Assembly (NCBI RefSeq): GCF_001194135.2
Contig: NC_069003.1
Span: forward strand, 19,345,400-19,409,399
Direction of reading: 5' to 3'
DNA length: 64,000 bases
DNA from: Octopus bimaculoides
Taxonomy: Eukaryota
In this document: positions 27,373 to 39,613 of the stretch, piece after piece
How positions within the stretch are numbered: the stretch's first letter is position 1
Layout of the letters: every line of letters begins with the position of its first letter
Notes under the pieces: generated by a model
Seen by the model: only the letters and a program-made list of their open reading frames with translations
Database searches by the model: none
What the model was told of the DNA's origin: nothing
Translations under genes and position numbers: made by a program

Positions 27373-27777
27373 AGATAGTCCTGTCTTTAAGTAATAATAA
27401 GCAAGATAATAGATTTTTGAAAAAAGAAATATTTTAATCATTTTTAAAACAAAAGTAAAGATAGTTTTCAGTTTGAGTAAAGTGAGAATAAAAAGGAGCC
27501 ATATATTAGGAAAATAATGAATCAAACAGCGATTTTCATGGCTTTGAGGATGCACAAACTTGATTTATTTTAATAAAAAGAGAGACAGAAAGAGAAAGAA
27601 ATAGAAAAAGAGAAAAGGTTGAAATAAAAGAAGTCACATATATGTGAAGAACGAATGCAAACAGCTTGTGGAAATTCGTTGACGCAGCATCGTAGCTTTG
27701 AAAGACAAGGTAAGGGTGCAGTAGAAAATGTGCAGAAATCAAAGCACAAACATAATTATAGATAATTGCAGCAATAC

Positions 27778-27927
27778 CTGCAGATTTAAATGTGAGACTT
27801 GACGTAAGTGCCCGTCTATAACCGAAGTGTGTCGATGCTCAGTGAGTGACTTGGCAGTCATTTGTGAAGAGGAGTCTGTGTTCTTAGGAGTGGATGACAC
27901 TCCACGGCGGTCTTCCACATCTAAAGG
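27778..27927 (-). CDS. MPDZ: Probable coding exon, inter-PDZ linker (PLDVEDRRGVSSTPKNTDSSSQMTAKSLTEHRHTSVIDGHLRQVSHLNLQ)
   Basis: gtatctttcacag acceptor (27929-27928), 150 nt = 50 codons, phase 0/0 compatible with the preceding exon, donor CAG|gtattg at 27777. Composition is CpG-retaining and higher in complexity than the flanks. There is no domain match, so assignment to this gene is inferred. Confidence 0.7.
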
Positions 27928-27954
27928 CTGTGAAAGATACAAACTCTAAAGCAC

Positions 27955-28470
27955 TTGGTGGTAGTGATTGTGGTGGTGGTGGTTGTGGCGGCAGAGGTGT
28001 TAGTGGTGATGGAGGTGGGGGAGTTGATGGTGATGGTGGATATAATGGAGGGTGGAAATGATGGTGTGATTGTAATGGTGGTGGAGCAGTTGGTGATGAT
28101 AGTGGTTGTAATGTAGAGGGGTGTGTGGAGTTGGTGTTAATAGTGGTTGTAAAGGATGAGGGGGAGTTAGTGGTGATGGTGGATGTAGTGGATGGGAGTG
28201 GGATGAAATTGATGATGGGGGTTGTAATTGAGAGGGAGGAGTTGGTGGTAATAGAGGGTGGTGGAATTTGTGGTGATGGTGACTGTAACAGGGTGGGAAC
28301 TGGTAATGATGATGTTATAACAGAGGAGGGAAAAGTTGATAGAGATGGTTATAATAGGGTGGGGGTGAGGAAATCAGTGGTGTAGTTGTAATGAAGGAGA
28401 GGAGAGTTGGTGGTGATGGTGATTGTAATGGAGAGAGGTAGGGGATTTTGTGGTTGGCAGTGGTATGAGG
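27955..28470. repeat. GGT/GAT-rich low-complexity tract directly upstream (in transcript sense) of the linker exon
   Basis: About 500 bp of degenerate GGT/GAT/GTA triplets on the plus strand, which reads as CCAC/TCAC/CCAT-rich on the transcribed strand. Confidence 0.85.
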
Positions 28471-29356
28471 GTGTTGGGAAGAAAAATAAATACCTCATCT
28501 TCCACACACCCACACCTACATCTAATATCATATCCCATAGGAAAATCATTCAGAGATGAATTAATGCTCCTGCATCAAACATGGCATTTGGTGGTTTGGA
28601 AAGAGTAAACATTTGAAAAGACTACATCAAAACTAATTTGGATAAACAGGAATTAATAATGCAATAATCAAACTGATTAGCATGCAGTGTGATTGAATAT
28701 TGTTTAATAAATTGAACCAATGTAAACTAGGCACTTAATGTGGGTATGTGTCGATGTATGTGTGTCTGTCTTTGAGTGTAGATGGATATGTGAATGCGTA
28801 TGATGAACATATAGGGTTTTGTGTACAAGGTTCACATAATTTCTTTGGTATCCCCCACTTAAACACTAAAAAAAAAAATTTAACTGAAACAAATATAATC
28901 AAGCATTAATTAAACAGGGGAATTAATCAACTTGATAATTCTGAAAGCTGTTTCAAAGTGAGAATTTTGTATCACTGATGCAAACAAAATATAAGGCCTT
29001 TAGACCCACCCCACCCATGCCTCGACGAAACAAAGCATTAAAAAAAATAAGGTTTAACCTATTACTTGTGCAATTTCTTTTAAATTAAATTCCAAATGAG
29101 ATCTGCTACTATTATCAACAAGAGACTCTAAATAACATTACGCATTTTCTTTCCTATTCTCTCCCTCTTGTATAACTGTAAAAAATAGCTAACAAAATCT
29201 ACCAATTTTCCATATATGGCAGAATTCTGACATCTAGTGGGAATTTTAAAAGAATAATCCCCAGTCAATGAGAATTAGCACAATTTTGATTTGAAAGAAA
29301 TGACTTTTACTGTGTGTATGATTTTTTAAAATTATTATTATTATTACTATCATTAT

Positions 29357-30005
29357 GAAGGTGGTGAACTGGCGGAATCATTAGCATGCCAGACAAAATG
29401 CTTAGCAGCATTTTGTCCGTCTTTGCAGTGTGAGTTAAATTCTGTCAGGAGTGATTGAGCCTTTCAACCTTTTGGGGTTGAAGAAACAAGTACCAGTTGA
29501 GCATTGAGGTTGATGCAATTGACTTCCCTCTCCCCTCAAATTGCCAAACCTTGTACCAAAAGTTAGAAAGAATTATTATCATTATGGCAAGCTGGCAAAA
29601 TTGTCAGAGCATCAGAGGAAAAAAATGCTTTACAATATTTGTTCCAATGTTTTACATTCTAAGTTCAAATCCCACTGAGGTCAACTTAGCCTTTCATCTT
29701 TTGGGATTGATAAAATAAAGTACAAGTACTGACGTTAATGGTACTGACAAATCCCCTACTCTTAAAATTGTTGGCCTTGTGCCAAAATTTGAAACATTAT
29801 CATTATGAAGGCAATGAACTAGCAGAATCATTAGCACACTGGACAAAACACTGAACAGCATTCCTTCCAGTTTTATGGTCTGAGTTCAAATGCCACCAAG
29901 GTTGACTTTGCCTTTCATCCTTTCAGGGTCAAGAAGTACCAGTTAAGTACTGCGGTTAATGTAAAACTTTACTCATTTCAGGCCTTGTACCTATAGTAGA
30001 AAGAA
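29357..30005 (+). mobile_element. Array of three SINE family B copies
   Basis: Units ggtggtgaactggcggaatcattagc...ccttgt.ccaaaa...aattatt at about 29357, 29585 and 29808, separated by (ATT)n-like linkers. Confidence 0.85.
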
Positions 30006-30007
30006 TT

Positions 30008-30906
30008 ATTACCTCCACCTTAGCAAAGGTGAAGGTATTGTTTTTATTCATGTTTGTTTGTTTGTCCATGGACAAGATATCTCAAGAACCACTGGATGGA
30101 TTCGGATGAAACTTTCAGGGATGTTTGGCCTCATGACTGGCATGAACTGATTAGATTTTAGGATTGATCTAGATTATTTGTTATATTTACTTTACATGAT
30201 TACGATCTTATGTTCACTTTCAATGTTTTCTCAATTTTTTCCTTTCAGGCTGTTTCCAAAGTTTTATTTTCATTTCTATATTATTAATTTTACTCACATC
30301 TCTATCTTAGTAGAAACGATGGATAAAGGAATCAAATTAAATAAACACACGGCAGCGAAATCGTTCGGAAATTAAATAACACTAACATATTTTTATAATA
30401 TATATATATTATATATACATATTAACACTTTACAGTATACTTGCATGTATACATACATCTATACATTGATCTAAATCAAAGGAAGGCTGGAATCTAAGAG
30501 AAGAGAAAACCAAAAGGTCTCCTGTTATTCATTTAAAAATTCCTGAGTAGAACTTATTATTATTACCTCCGCCTTTGAAACTATTTTGAATGGTGAATTT
30601 GTTAACTTTGGCTTGTATTAGATGAGGATAAACTATTTATTGCTGTTACTAAATTTTCTATAGCCACCTTCACATTCCATTGCTACTATTGGGATTGATC
30701 AAGTACCGGACAAGGATTCTGGATTATTTTTCCGGTTTTGTTTACTTAATTTTTGAGAGTGGTTGGGTTCATTTTTAATATTCTCGTTTGTGATAGCAGT
30801 CGAGTTTATTTCAGATATTCTCATTTTAAGAATCATCTCTGGCTAATCGGTGAGAGGACGTTGGTGTTGCCTTGGCAGAGGTTTGCACTCTCTGAGTACT
30901 CTTGTT
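30008..30906 (+). mobile_element. Non-autonomous Helentron-type (HINE/DINE-1-like) element
   Basis: 5' ACCTCCACC (30011-30019) followed by (GTTT)n and the core gatatctcaagaaccactggatggatt..atgaaacttt. 3' GGCAGAGGT (30874-30882, inverse of the 5' motif) immediately followed by the short hairpin GCACTC-TCT-GAGTAC. A second ACCTCCGCC lies at 30565-30573. Confidence 0.7.
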
Positions 30907-31705
30907 ACTATTATTATTTTTCTTTTTCTTTCAATTTGGTTTTCATTTCTGCTGAGTGTCTTCCTGACACCTAGGGCAAAGAAGCTCACTTTATACATTC
31001 ATAAGTCATTAAAATAAACATGCCATTCATAGGCCTATCATTATTATTATTATTTCACTGAGCTGGCAGAATGATAGGAGTTCCAATGTTGCTATACTAA
31101 GCAGGTTAAATGACAAACATAAGAAAGCCCTTGTTCTGGCCTGTCTCTGTAAATTACTAGGATACTTGAGTAGTATGTGAAATGCTGATGGTACAAAATC
31201 ATTACTTGAAACAGCTTACCTATGTATTAAACCTATCTTAAAACTTTGTAAATAATGTAACAAGAAAACAAAAAAGTATTTTAAAAGATTATTTACAAAT
31301 AATAGAATATTACATTTTTACAAAAAAAATTTTAATTTATACAAAAATATAACATATTGCTGAAATTATGCATTATGGTCATTAAGCTCAAAGTCTACTC
31401 TGAGCAAACAGACCTATGGTCAGAAGTTCAAGACATGACTATTCTGTCTTTAAAGTGTACCTAAGAGTATATTTTCTCATGTCTCTATTCCTTTCCCAAG
31501 ATGAGGATGTATGATTTTGGAAATAATTAGCAACTACTTCTTGCAGGTTGAGGAACTATGCAGAAAATCGTTTGTTGGCTGGTGAATTTTGCATCATACT
31601 GTGTATGCATGCTCAACTGTGTGTATGTATGTATATTTGTATATGCTATATGTGCGTGTGTGTATTGATTATACATATATACATATATAAATATATATAC
31701 ATATA

Positions 31706-32693
31706 NNNNNNNNNNNNNNNNNNNNNNNNNNNNNNNNNNNNNNNNNNNNNNNNNNNNNNNNNNNNNNNNNNNNNNNNNNNNNNNNNNNNNNNNNNNNNNN
31801 NNNNNNNNNNNNNNNNNNNNNNNNNNNNNNNNNNNNNNNNNNNNNNNNNNNNNNNNNNNNNNNNNNNNNNNNNNNNNNNNNNNNNNNNNNNNNNNNNNNN
31901 NNNNNNNNNNNNNNNNNNNNNNNNNNNNNNNNNNNNNNNNNNNNNNNNNNNNNNNNNNNNNNNNNNNNNNNNNNNNNNNNNNNNNNNNNNNNNNNNNNNN
32001 NNNNNNNNNNNNNNNNNNNNNNNNNNNNNNNNNNNNNNNNNNNNNNNNNNNNNNNNNNNNNNNNNNNNNNNNNNNNNNNNNNNNNNNNNNNNNNNNNNNN
32101 NNNNNNNNNNNNNNNNNNNNNNNNNNNNNNNNNNNNNNNNNNNNNNNNNNNNNNNNNNNNNNNNNNNNNNNNNNNNNNNNNNNNNNNNNNNNNNNNNNNN
32201 NNNNNNNNNNNNNNNNNNNNNNNNNNNNNNNNNNNNNNNNNNNNNNNNNNNNNNNNNNNNNNNNNNNNNNNNNNNNNNNNNNNNNNNNNNNNNNNNNNNN
32301 NNNNNNNNNNNNNNNNNNNNNNNNNNNNNNNNNNNNNNNNNNNNNNNNNNNNNNNNNNNNNNNNNNNNNNNNNNNNNNNNNNNNNNNNNNNNNNNNNNNN
32401 NNNNNNNNNNNNNNNNNNNNNNNNNNNNNNNNNNNNNNNNNNNNNNNNNNNNNNNNNNNNNNNNNNNNNNNNNNNNNNNNNNNNNNNNNNNNNNNNNNNN
32501 NNNNNNNNNNNNNNNNNNNNNNNNNNNNNNNNNNNNNNNNNNNNNNNNNNNNNNNNNNNNNNNNNNNNNNNNNNNNNNNNNNNNNNNNNNNNNNNNNNNN
32601 NNNNNNNNNNNNNNNNNNNNNNNNNNNNNNNNNNNNNNNNNNNNNNNNNNNNNNNNNNNNNNNNNNNNNNNNNNNNNNNNNNNNNNNNNNNNN
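31706..32693. other. Assembly gap (N run) flanked by (TA)n
   Basis: Run of N. Confidence 0.99.
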
Positions 32694-32736
<43 letters not shown>

Positions 32737-33582
32737 CATGAGCGTTGTATGTATATATGTATACAAATAAAAGGAAAAGCAAAAACTCCACATGTATAAG
32801 AATAGATTATGTACACAAATACATATACACATTAGATGACACACACATATGTATGTTTGTGTACATGTGTATGTATATGTATATACACACATACATACAC
32901 AGACAAACTGTTGTTAAAACATCTATATTTCCATTTATGTGCACTCACCTCCATCAATTTGGTGATGGTGAGTCTTCGAGAATTTGTCTTACTTGCCATT
33001 CTCGTCCAGGATAATATTCTACGTATTATAGTCACAAATGCCTGTATGGAATCTGAACTCAAAACACAGAGAATTGGAACAGACACCACAAGGCATCTTA
33101 TCAAAAGCCCTACCAGTTCCATCAATCTCCCCTCTATTGACTGGTACTCTATTGACCTCAGAAGGATAAAATGCAAGGCTGGCTTCAGTGGGATTTGAAG
33201 TCAGAGAGCAGTAACAAATACCACAAGTCATTCAGTCTGATGACCTACTCAATCAACCAGTTCACCATCTAGTGTTTTTAAATTCTTTTTTGTTTGCAAC
33301 ACACCTTTTTAATTTGTCACATATATTAGCTGTACATTATACATACACATACATACAAAGAAAGCATTTACATTGCTATTATTGTATATGCATATGCACA
33401 AACACATAATACTAGCTAAGTATAAAATTGGCTTTGGCATTGCTTCGGTGGCCAGCCAAGAACTGGTATTTCAACACAGTATTATAGTAAACTATTTGCA
33501 TTCTATTATTATATATGTTCAGTCATATATATGTGTGTGTAGATATACATACACACAGATTATGGCATATATGTACCATAAG

Positions 33583-33637
<55 letters not shown>

Positions 33638-35212
33638 TATTTATATACACACATGCACACAAATACATGCACATAACACATTTTCATTTTATTATTACAC
33701 ATACCAAATGTTATTTTTAAGTGTAATTATGAACAAAAATGGTCAAACATTAATTGAAGGATCACTCAATACTGTCTGACAGTCAATGACTGGCAAAACT
33801 TCAAAGTCGCTGGCAACTTTTTCCTTGTAAAACATTATACATATGTGTGTGTGTATGTGTGTACACCTTTTTTTTCTCTTCCATGAAATTAAATTTCTTA
33901 AAAGAGAAATTTAATTTTATGAAATAAATCATAAAACTGTTTTTGAAAAGCTTTGGTAATGGTGTTAAATCCATCTGATGTCACAAAGATGATTTTAGAA
34001 ATTTCATCTTAACCAAAACCTTGTTTAGACCATATTCCTTATGAATAGGCATCTTTTCTTAAAGGGTTCATCTAGATATGCCAAGATTTCTCTACTTTAG
34101 GAAATATGTCATACATATATAATAAAATTATAAATATAAATTTAAAACAAAAGAATGACTTGAAAATGAATCAGCACTTAATTAGAGTATTTATTACTAT
34201 CCTTAGTGAAACCTCTAGTTTTGTTTTGTAAAATAGAAGCATTCTGGAGATCTCTGGTTGGGAAATGCTGGTCAATGTACTTACTGACAATGGTATAGAA
34301 GAATAATTTACCATAGCCATAAAACAGAGAGATACTGCAAAGATTGCATAACTGATACAGATTTTCTTAACTAACTACCAAGATAAAATCCTTTTGTGGC
34401 CAACACTGGTAATAACAGACTGGTATGATTTCCCAGTGATATTAAACCAATATTAAAAAGCTTAGTGACTTATTAACTGAACATAAACTGCAATACTTTG
34501 CAATAACTTCAACTAAATGGTCATAAATTAATTAAAAAAAAAACATTGAAACTTGAAGTATGTATATAAAGCTATGGATTGTACATATTGGATAGAGAAA
34601 TTCAAAAGATTGCTTTAGTCCAATGATAGAACACATGTCATGTTTACAGGAGATATGGGTTTGAGTCCCACAGGCAGCTTTCAACTTTTTCTATCCACAG
34701 GGTTTTTAACCCAATATTTACATCCTATTATTTATAGTCTTATATAATGCTTTGAGTTTCAATGTTTCAAAAATTAATTATTTCAAGTTCATCTAAATGT
34801 TTGTAACATAAAAAAAAATATATAAAACAAATTATTTCCTTTTAAGATAAAAAATTTTTTTTTAATGTTTACAAGCCATAAATAGAAATATCTTTTGAAA
34901 TAATAATATTACCCATAGTTAAAAAACCCCACAAACATACAGAAAACAAGGAAATAGAAATTGTGATGAAAATCTAAAATCAAAGTATATTTAGCTTGTT
35001 CTTTGGAGTTCTTTTTGATAAGAGGAAAATAAATGAATCATATCAAAACATGGTCGTACATATATCTCATTTCATCAAGAAAAAAATAAAATCCATAAAG
35101 GAATACACTTATACTCACATACAGGTTTATAAAGATACACATACACATAGTGCATGTACATACACACATACACACAGATATAAAGATATATATATTAGCT
35201 GTGAATACGTAC

Positions 35213-35323
35213 ACATGATGTATCTGTTAAACTTTGGACTAAGAAATGAACTGGACTTGTTGCATTCCTGATAATTTCAACAGCTTCATCATGAGAAGCA
35301 TCGCGTAGATCTTTTCCATTCAC
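35213..35323 (-). CDS. MPDZ: Coding exon, C-terminal part of the PDZ domain ([37 protein letters not shown])
   Basis: Not in the ORF track; translated by hand. cttcctttacattccag acceptor (35325-35324), 111 nt = 37 codons, phase 0/0, donor TGT|gtacgt at 35212. V(N/D)G.DLRDASH..AV..IR.A..PV.F.VQS matches the end of MPDZ PDZ7. Confidence 0.93.
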
Positions 35324-35894
35324 CTGGAATGTAAAGGAAGATATTTGATAAATCTCTCTTTATCTTTCAACAAAAACACTCACTCCTTTCCTCCTTCTCT
35401 CTCTTTTCCTTATATATTCACAGGAATTCTTACAAAATGTTTTGCTAAACCAAGGTCTGAAAGAGGATTATGCTTAATATATATCACCCCTCTTCATTTA
35501 ACACTTGTCATGCCAACATACATAAAAACACTTCTGGTTCTACAAAACTATATCAATTAACATTGTTTTTTTTGTTTTTTTAAGATATAAAAGAGGTAGA
35601 GTTTTAAACAACATTCTACTGATAAAACCACTCAGCAACAATATATATATATCTATAGTTGGCAGGGTATACTATGTTATTTATTGAAGTAAGAGATTCA
35701 GTACATTGGCTTTGAGGAGTGATTAATAAATCATGAAATGGTGGGTCAGGAGACTCCTCACTCATTTTTCTGCATGTTGAAAACATAGAAGAAATGTGTT
35801 TACATTATTACATAGTTCATTATCACAGTTAATGACTCTCTAATATTTAAACTTAACTGATTGACTTCTGATTTATGTTTAGTTATTCTTTTTT

Positions 35895-36075
35895 CTTTTT
35901 ATTTGTTTTACTTGTTTTAGTCATTTGATTGTGACCATGCTGGAGCACTGCCTTTAGTCAAACAAATCAACCCCAGGACTTATTCTTTGTAAGTCTAGTA
36001 CATATTCTATCGGTCTCTTTTGCTGAACCACTAAGTTACAGGGATGTAAACACACCAACATCAGTCATCAAGTTA
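35895..36075 (-). mobile_element. SINE family A, 3' half
   Basis: Contains tagtcatttgattgtgaccatgctggagcac...ctaagttacagggatgtaaacacacc, matching the 3' half of the other family A copies. Confidence 0.85.
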
Positions 36076-36706
36076 TCAAACATGCACCTCCCTTTTTTTA
36101 AAAATAGTTTAGTGTAATTTGAGGGGTATTTGGCTATTACTTTTAGCAAGTGTAGCATCAGTGTAATTTATTAACATGTAGTGCTAGTATAGCTTGGACA
36201 AAGTGTGACATGGCCAAGTGGATTTTTCCAAGTAACACAGCATCACATAAAGGTTGAACCATTAATGCTGACCCTAAGATGTAATAATTATGCAATTCAA
36301 TTAACTCATAAACAATTTAAAAAAACAAAAGCTAAAGAGCCTACAATGGACCCTCTACATGGTTACTCTAACATGCTAGAAACAGCAACCAAATCTCCTT
36401 CATATTACACCTTACTATCATCTCCTACCATCTTTGTAGGGTGTGATTTGAAGGAGAATTGGCTGGTATAGTGTAGTCCAAGATGTTTATAAAAATAGAG
36501 GTCATAACTTAAATATCTTTAACCACAGAACTGTTATATCAGAGCTGACCTGGAATTAAACAATATCATTAATACTTTAACAAATTCCTATAACAAACAG
36601 GACCATATTATTCCTCTAATATTCTATCACCAGTTGGAAATGAACTCTTGCCTCATTAAATCTTTACATGAAGTTCCAAAGATAAATGGGGTGCTGTGTT
36701 ACTCAC

Positions 36707-36834
36707 CTCTAATATTCTATCACCAGTTTGAAGTGAGCCCTCCCTGCCAGCAGGGCTATCTTTCATTACAAGCTTTATGAAAATACCTGACATTATTTGT
36801 TCAGGTGAAGCATGAGGCACATTGATTCTTCCAC
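36707..36834 (-). CDS. MPDZ: Coding exon, middle of the PDZ domain (GRINVPHASPEQIMSGIFIKLVMKDSPAGREGSLQTGDRILE)
   Basis: ttgtag acceptor (36836-36835). The 128 nt read as 2 + 42 codons and complete the phase-1 Gly codon left by the previous exon. Donor GAG|gtgagt at 36706. GIFIK..V..DSPAG..G.L..GDRILE is the canonical PDZ core. Confidence 0.93.
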
Positions 36835-37260
36835 CTACAATGGCAAAATGTTTTATGATTAAGTTTGATAACAAAGCAAATAATTAAAGACTTTTTCACA
36901 CATTAACCTGCATTTTACAATATCTCAACTGATTAAAAAAAATTTAGACACATTCATGATTCAATTTCTTTATTAGAAGAGTTAAACATCTTCATCATCT
37001 CACTGTTCACTTTTCCCTGCTTGTATAGAACAGGTGAAACACACAGAGCTAGATTTTCCATTGTCAGATATTCTCCTGTTGCCAACCCTTGCCTGTCTCT
37101 GAGCAAGTTAATATTTCCCCTGGTGCTCTGAACATAAACAGCTCAAATGGCTGGACATATTTCACAGAAGATTGCAGACTAACGACACTGTTTTTGAATA
37201 ACAGTGACTTTGTTTACAATCAGCACAAAAATGTCAAGATAAGGAGACAAAAATCTACAT

Positions 37261-37424
37261 AGGCGCAGGAGTGGCTGTGTGGTAAGTAGCTTGCTTACCA
37301 ACTACATGGTCCCGGGTTCAGTCTCACTGCGTGGCACCTTGGGAAAGTGTCTTCTACTATAACCTCAGGCTGACCAAAGCCTTGTGAGTGGATTTGATAG
37401 ACGGAAACTGGAAGAAGCCCATCG

Positions 37425-37459
<35 letters not shown>

Positions 37460-37670
37460 GTGTGTATATGTTTGTCCCCCCAGCATCACTTGACAACTGA
37501 TGCTGGTGTGTTTGTGTCCCCGTAACTTAGCAGTTCGGCAAAAGAGACTGATAGAATAAGTACTAGGCTTAGAAAGAATAAGCTCTGGGGTCGATTTGGT
37601 CGACTATAAAGGCGGTGCTCCAGCATGGTCGCAGTCAAATGACTGAAACAAGTAAAAGAGTAAGAGAGTA
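37261..37670 (+). mobile_element. SINE family A, full-length (tRNA-like head, central (TA)n/(TG)n, AAAGAGT tail)
   Basis: Head ggcgcaggagtggctgtgtggtaag...gggttcagtc (A/B-box-like), CORE-like ggcaccttgggaaagtgtcttc segment, tail gaaacaagtaaaagagtaagagagta. Confidence 0.9.
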
Positions 37671-38851
37671 ATGCATACACACAAACATATGTATGTGTGT
37701 GTGTATGTGATGGGCTTCTTTACAATTACTATTTACTAAATTCACTCAAATGACAGTGTGTTATTGTGTGGTTATTTTGAATGTAAATATGAAGCAAGGT
37801 CCTCCCAGCACTAAGCCAGGAAAGTAAGGATGGCTAACTGAACTGGACTTACCAGTCTGACTTGCCTGGACACATTAATGAAGTCTTGAGTGGTGATGCA
37901 ACAAACTGCTCATGAAGAATTAAGGGGCAATTAATAATGTTAATATCCGTTTCCCTTAACACATCCTTCTAATACCCACTTCTACCTGTGCCCACTCATT
38001 ACAGTTCCCTTACTCATTCTCATTTTGCAATCTTGCAAACCCACCCACTCACTCTCTCTGCCCATCTCTTCCTATGCCAGTCACCTTTTTCCATCCCTCA
38101 ATACTATTCTCACCAGTTGAGGGGTCTTGCCATTCCAGTTACTTGCAGGACTCACTGCTGCTGCTGTTGCTGAGTAAACGTTGTGTAAGGTGATTGGCAT
38201 TATGGTTCTTTTTTCTTTAAAGACCTAATGGGGCCCATCCTAGGGCTGACAATAGCTGATTTCTTTCAGAAGAGCAAAAGACAGATAGACAAAGTGAGGG
38301 GAAGAGAAAAATCATTTAAGCTCAGTAGATGACCTGAGAGCTTGAGAGATTTGAACTCAGAGCATTGAGTCATAATGATTACCATAAAACAATTTATTTA
38401 ACACTAATGATTCTGCTGATCGGCCTCATGTATGTGTGTGAGTGTGTGTGTGTATAGGTCTGTATATATACATAGATACACACAAATACGTATGTTGTAT
38501 AGTCTTAATTCTGAAAGGCCATCTCTATAAATATGATAGAAATACCTGTGTCATTTATTAATTATTTATCTTTTGGGTTACTGTCTCTGCTTTTTCGCTT
38601 CATATATTTTCCCATTTCATAACTTTTCATCACTTGTCCTTTTACTCATTTGGTCTATGGACCTTGTCTTTGTTTGTACTTGTTTCATTCTATCCTTCAT
38701 GTTGGCTTCTTTACATCCCAGCAGCATTTTGCTGTTGATGCCATCAAATTGAACAATATTATCGATAAAGTGTTGAAATTAAGATGATTTTTGGGATGAG
38801 TGTGTCTACTCTCTTGTGTGTTTTTTCCTAATTTCCATGTAGCTTTCTACA

Positions 38852-38882
<31 letters not shown>

Positions 38883-39613
38883 TATGTGTGAGTGTGTGTA
38901 CGCTTGGATGTACAAATGAGACAAAAAGTACTCAATACATATAGCTGACTATATTTATTCATCTGCATTTACTGATTGCCTCAGTAGCTTTTGTAGCTTT
39001 CTTGTTTGTATGCATTTCTTCAGAGTGGTACTGGACTGAATTTTCAGTTTCCCATCAACACACACACAAATAGATATGTATAGTAGTAGTTGTGGTTGTC
39101 AGTATATATCACACTCTCAAAGACAGGAGTAGTATGTAACGCTAATATTGTAGTGCAATTATTATGAGAAAGAAATTAAACAGTTCATGTATCATACTTC
39201 ATGTTTCCTGCTTGGAACATGTCTTCCTGCAGATCTCAGTCAAAAATGTAAAAATGAAACTAGGAAAATTACGTGCCATACATTGAAAAACTAAACTTGA
39301 AATATCCACACACATATACACATACACATGTGGACATACATAAAAACACACACATACACACATATATATATGCATATACACAAACAGAAACCCACATATT
39401 GTGTATGTGTGTGTATGCACACACACACACACACACACACATACATAGATAGATATATGCAAACATATATATATTTCTTTGTAGTAGTGGTGAATCTCAA
39501 AGCACATACAGCTACAGATTTTGGGTTGAAATCCCTTTGGATTGAAAAGAGCTAAAGACTGCAAGAGGGAATCAAACTCACATCTGTAAACATGACATAT
39601 TCTACCACTGGAC

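Noticed and set aside
31548-32892. Long ORFs of 300-400 aa here and at 51481-52546
   Set aside because: They are translations of N runs and (TA)n, not genes.
34284-34335. Possible 50-nt poison exon with a gtaagt donor
   Set aside because: It has an in-frame stop and no other support, and such sites arise by chance in AT-rich introns.
37261-37335. tRNA-like sequences (also 18490-18540)
   Set aside because: They are SINE heads fused to SINE bodies and lack a complete cloverleaf, so they are not called tRNA genes.
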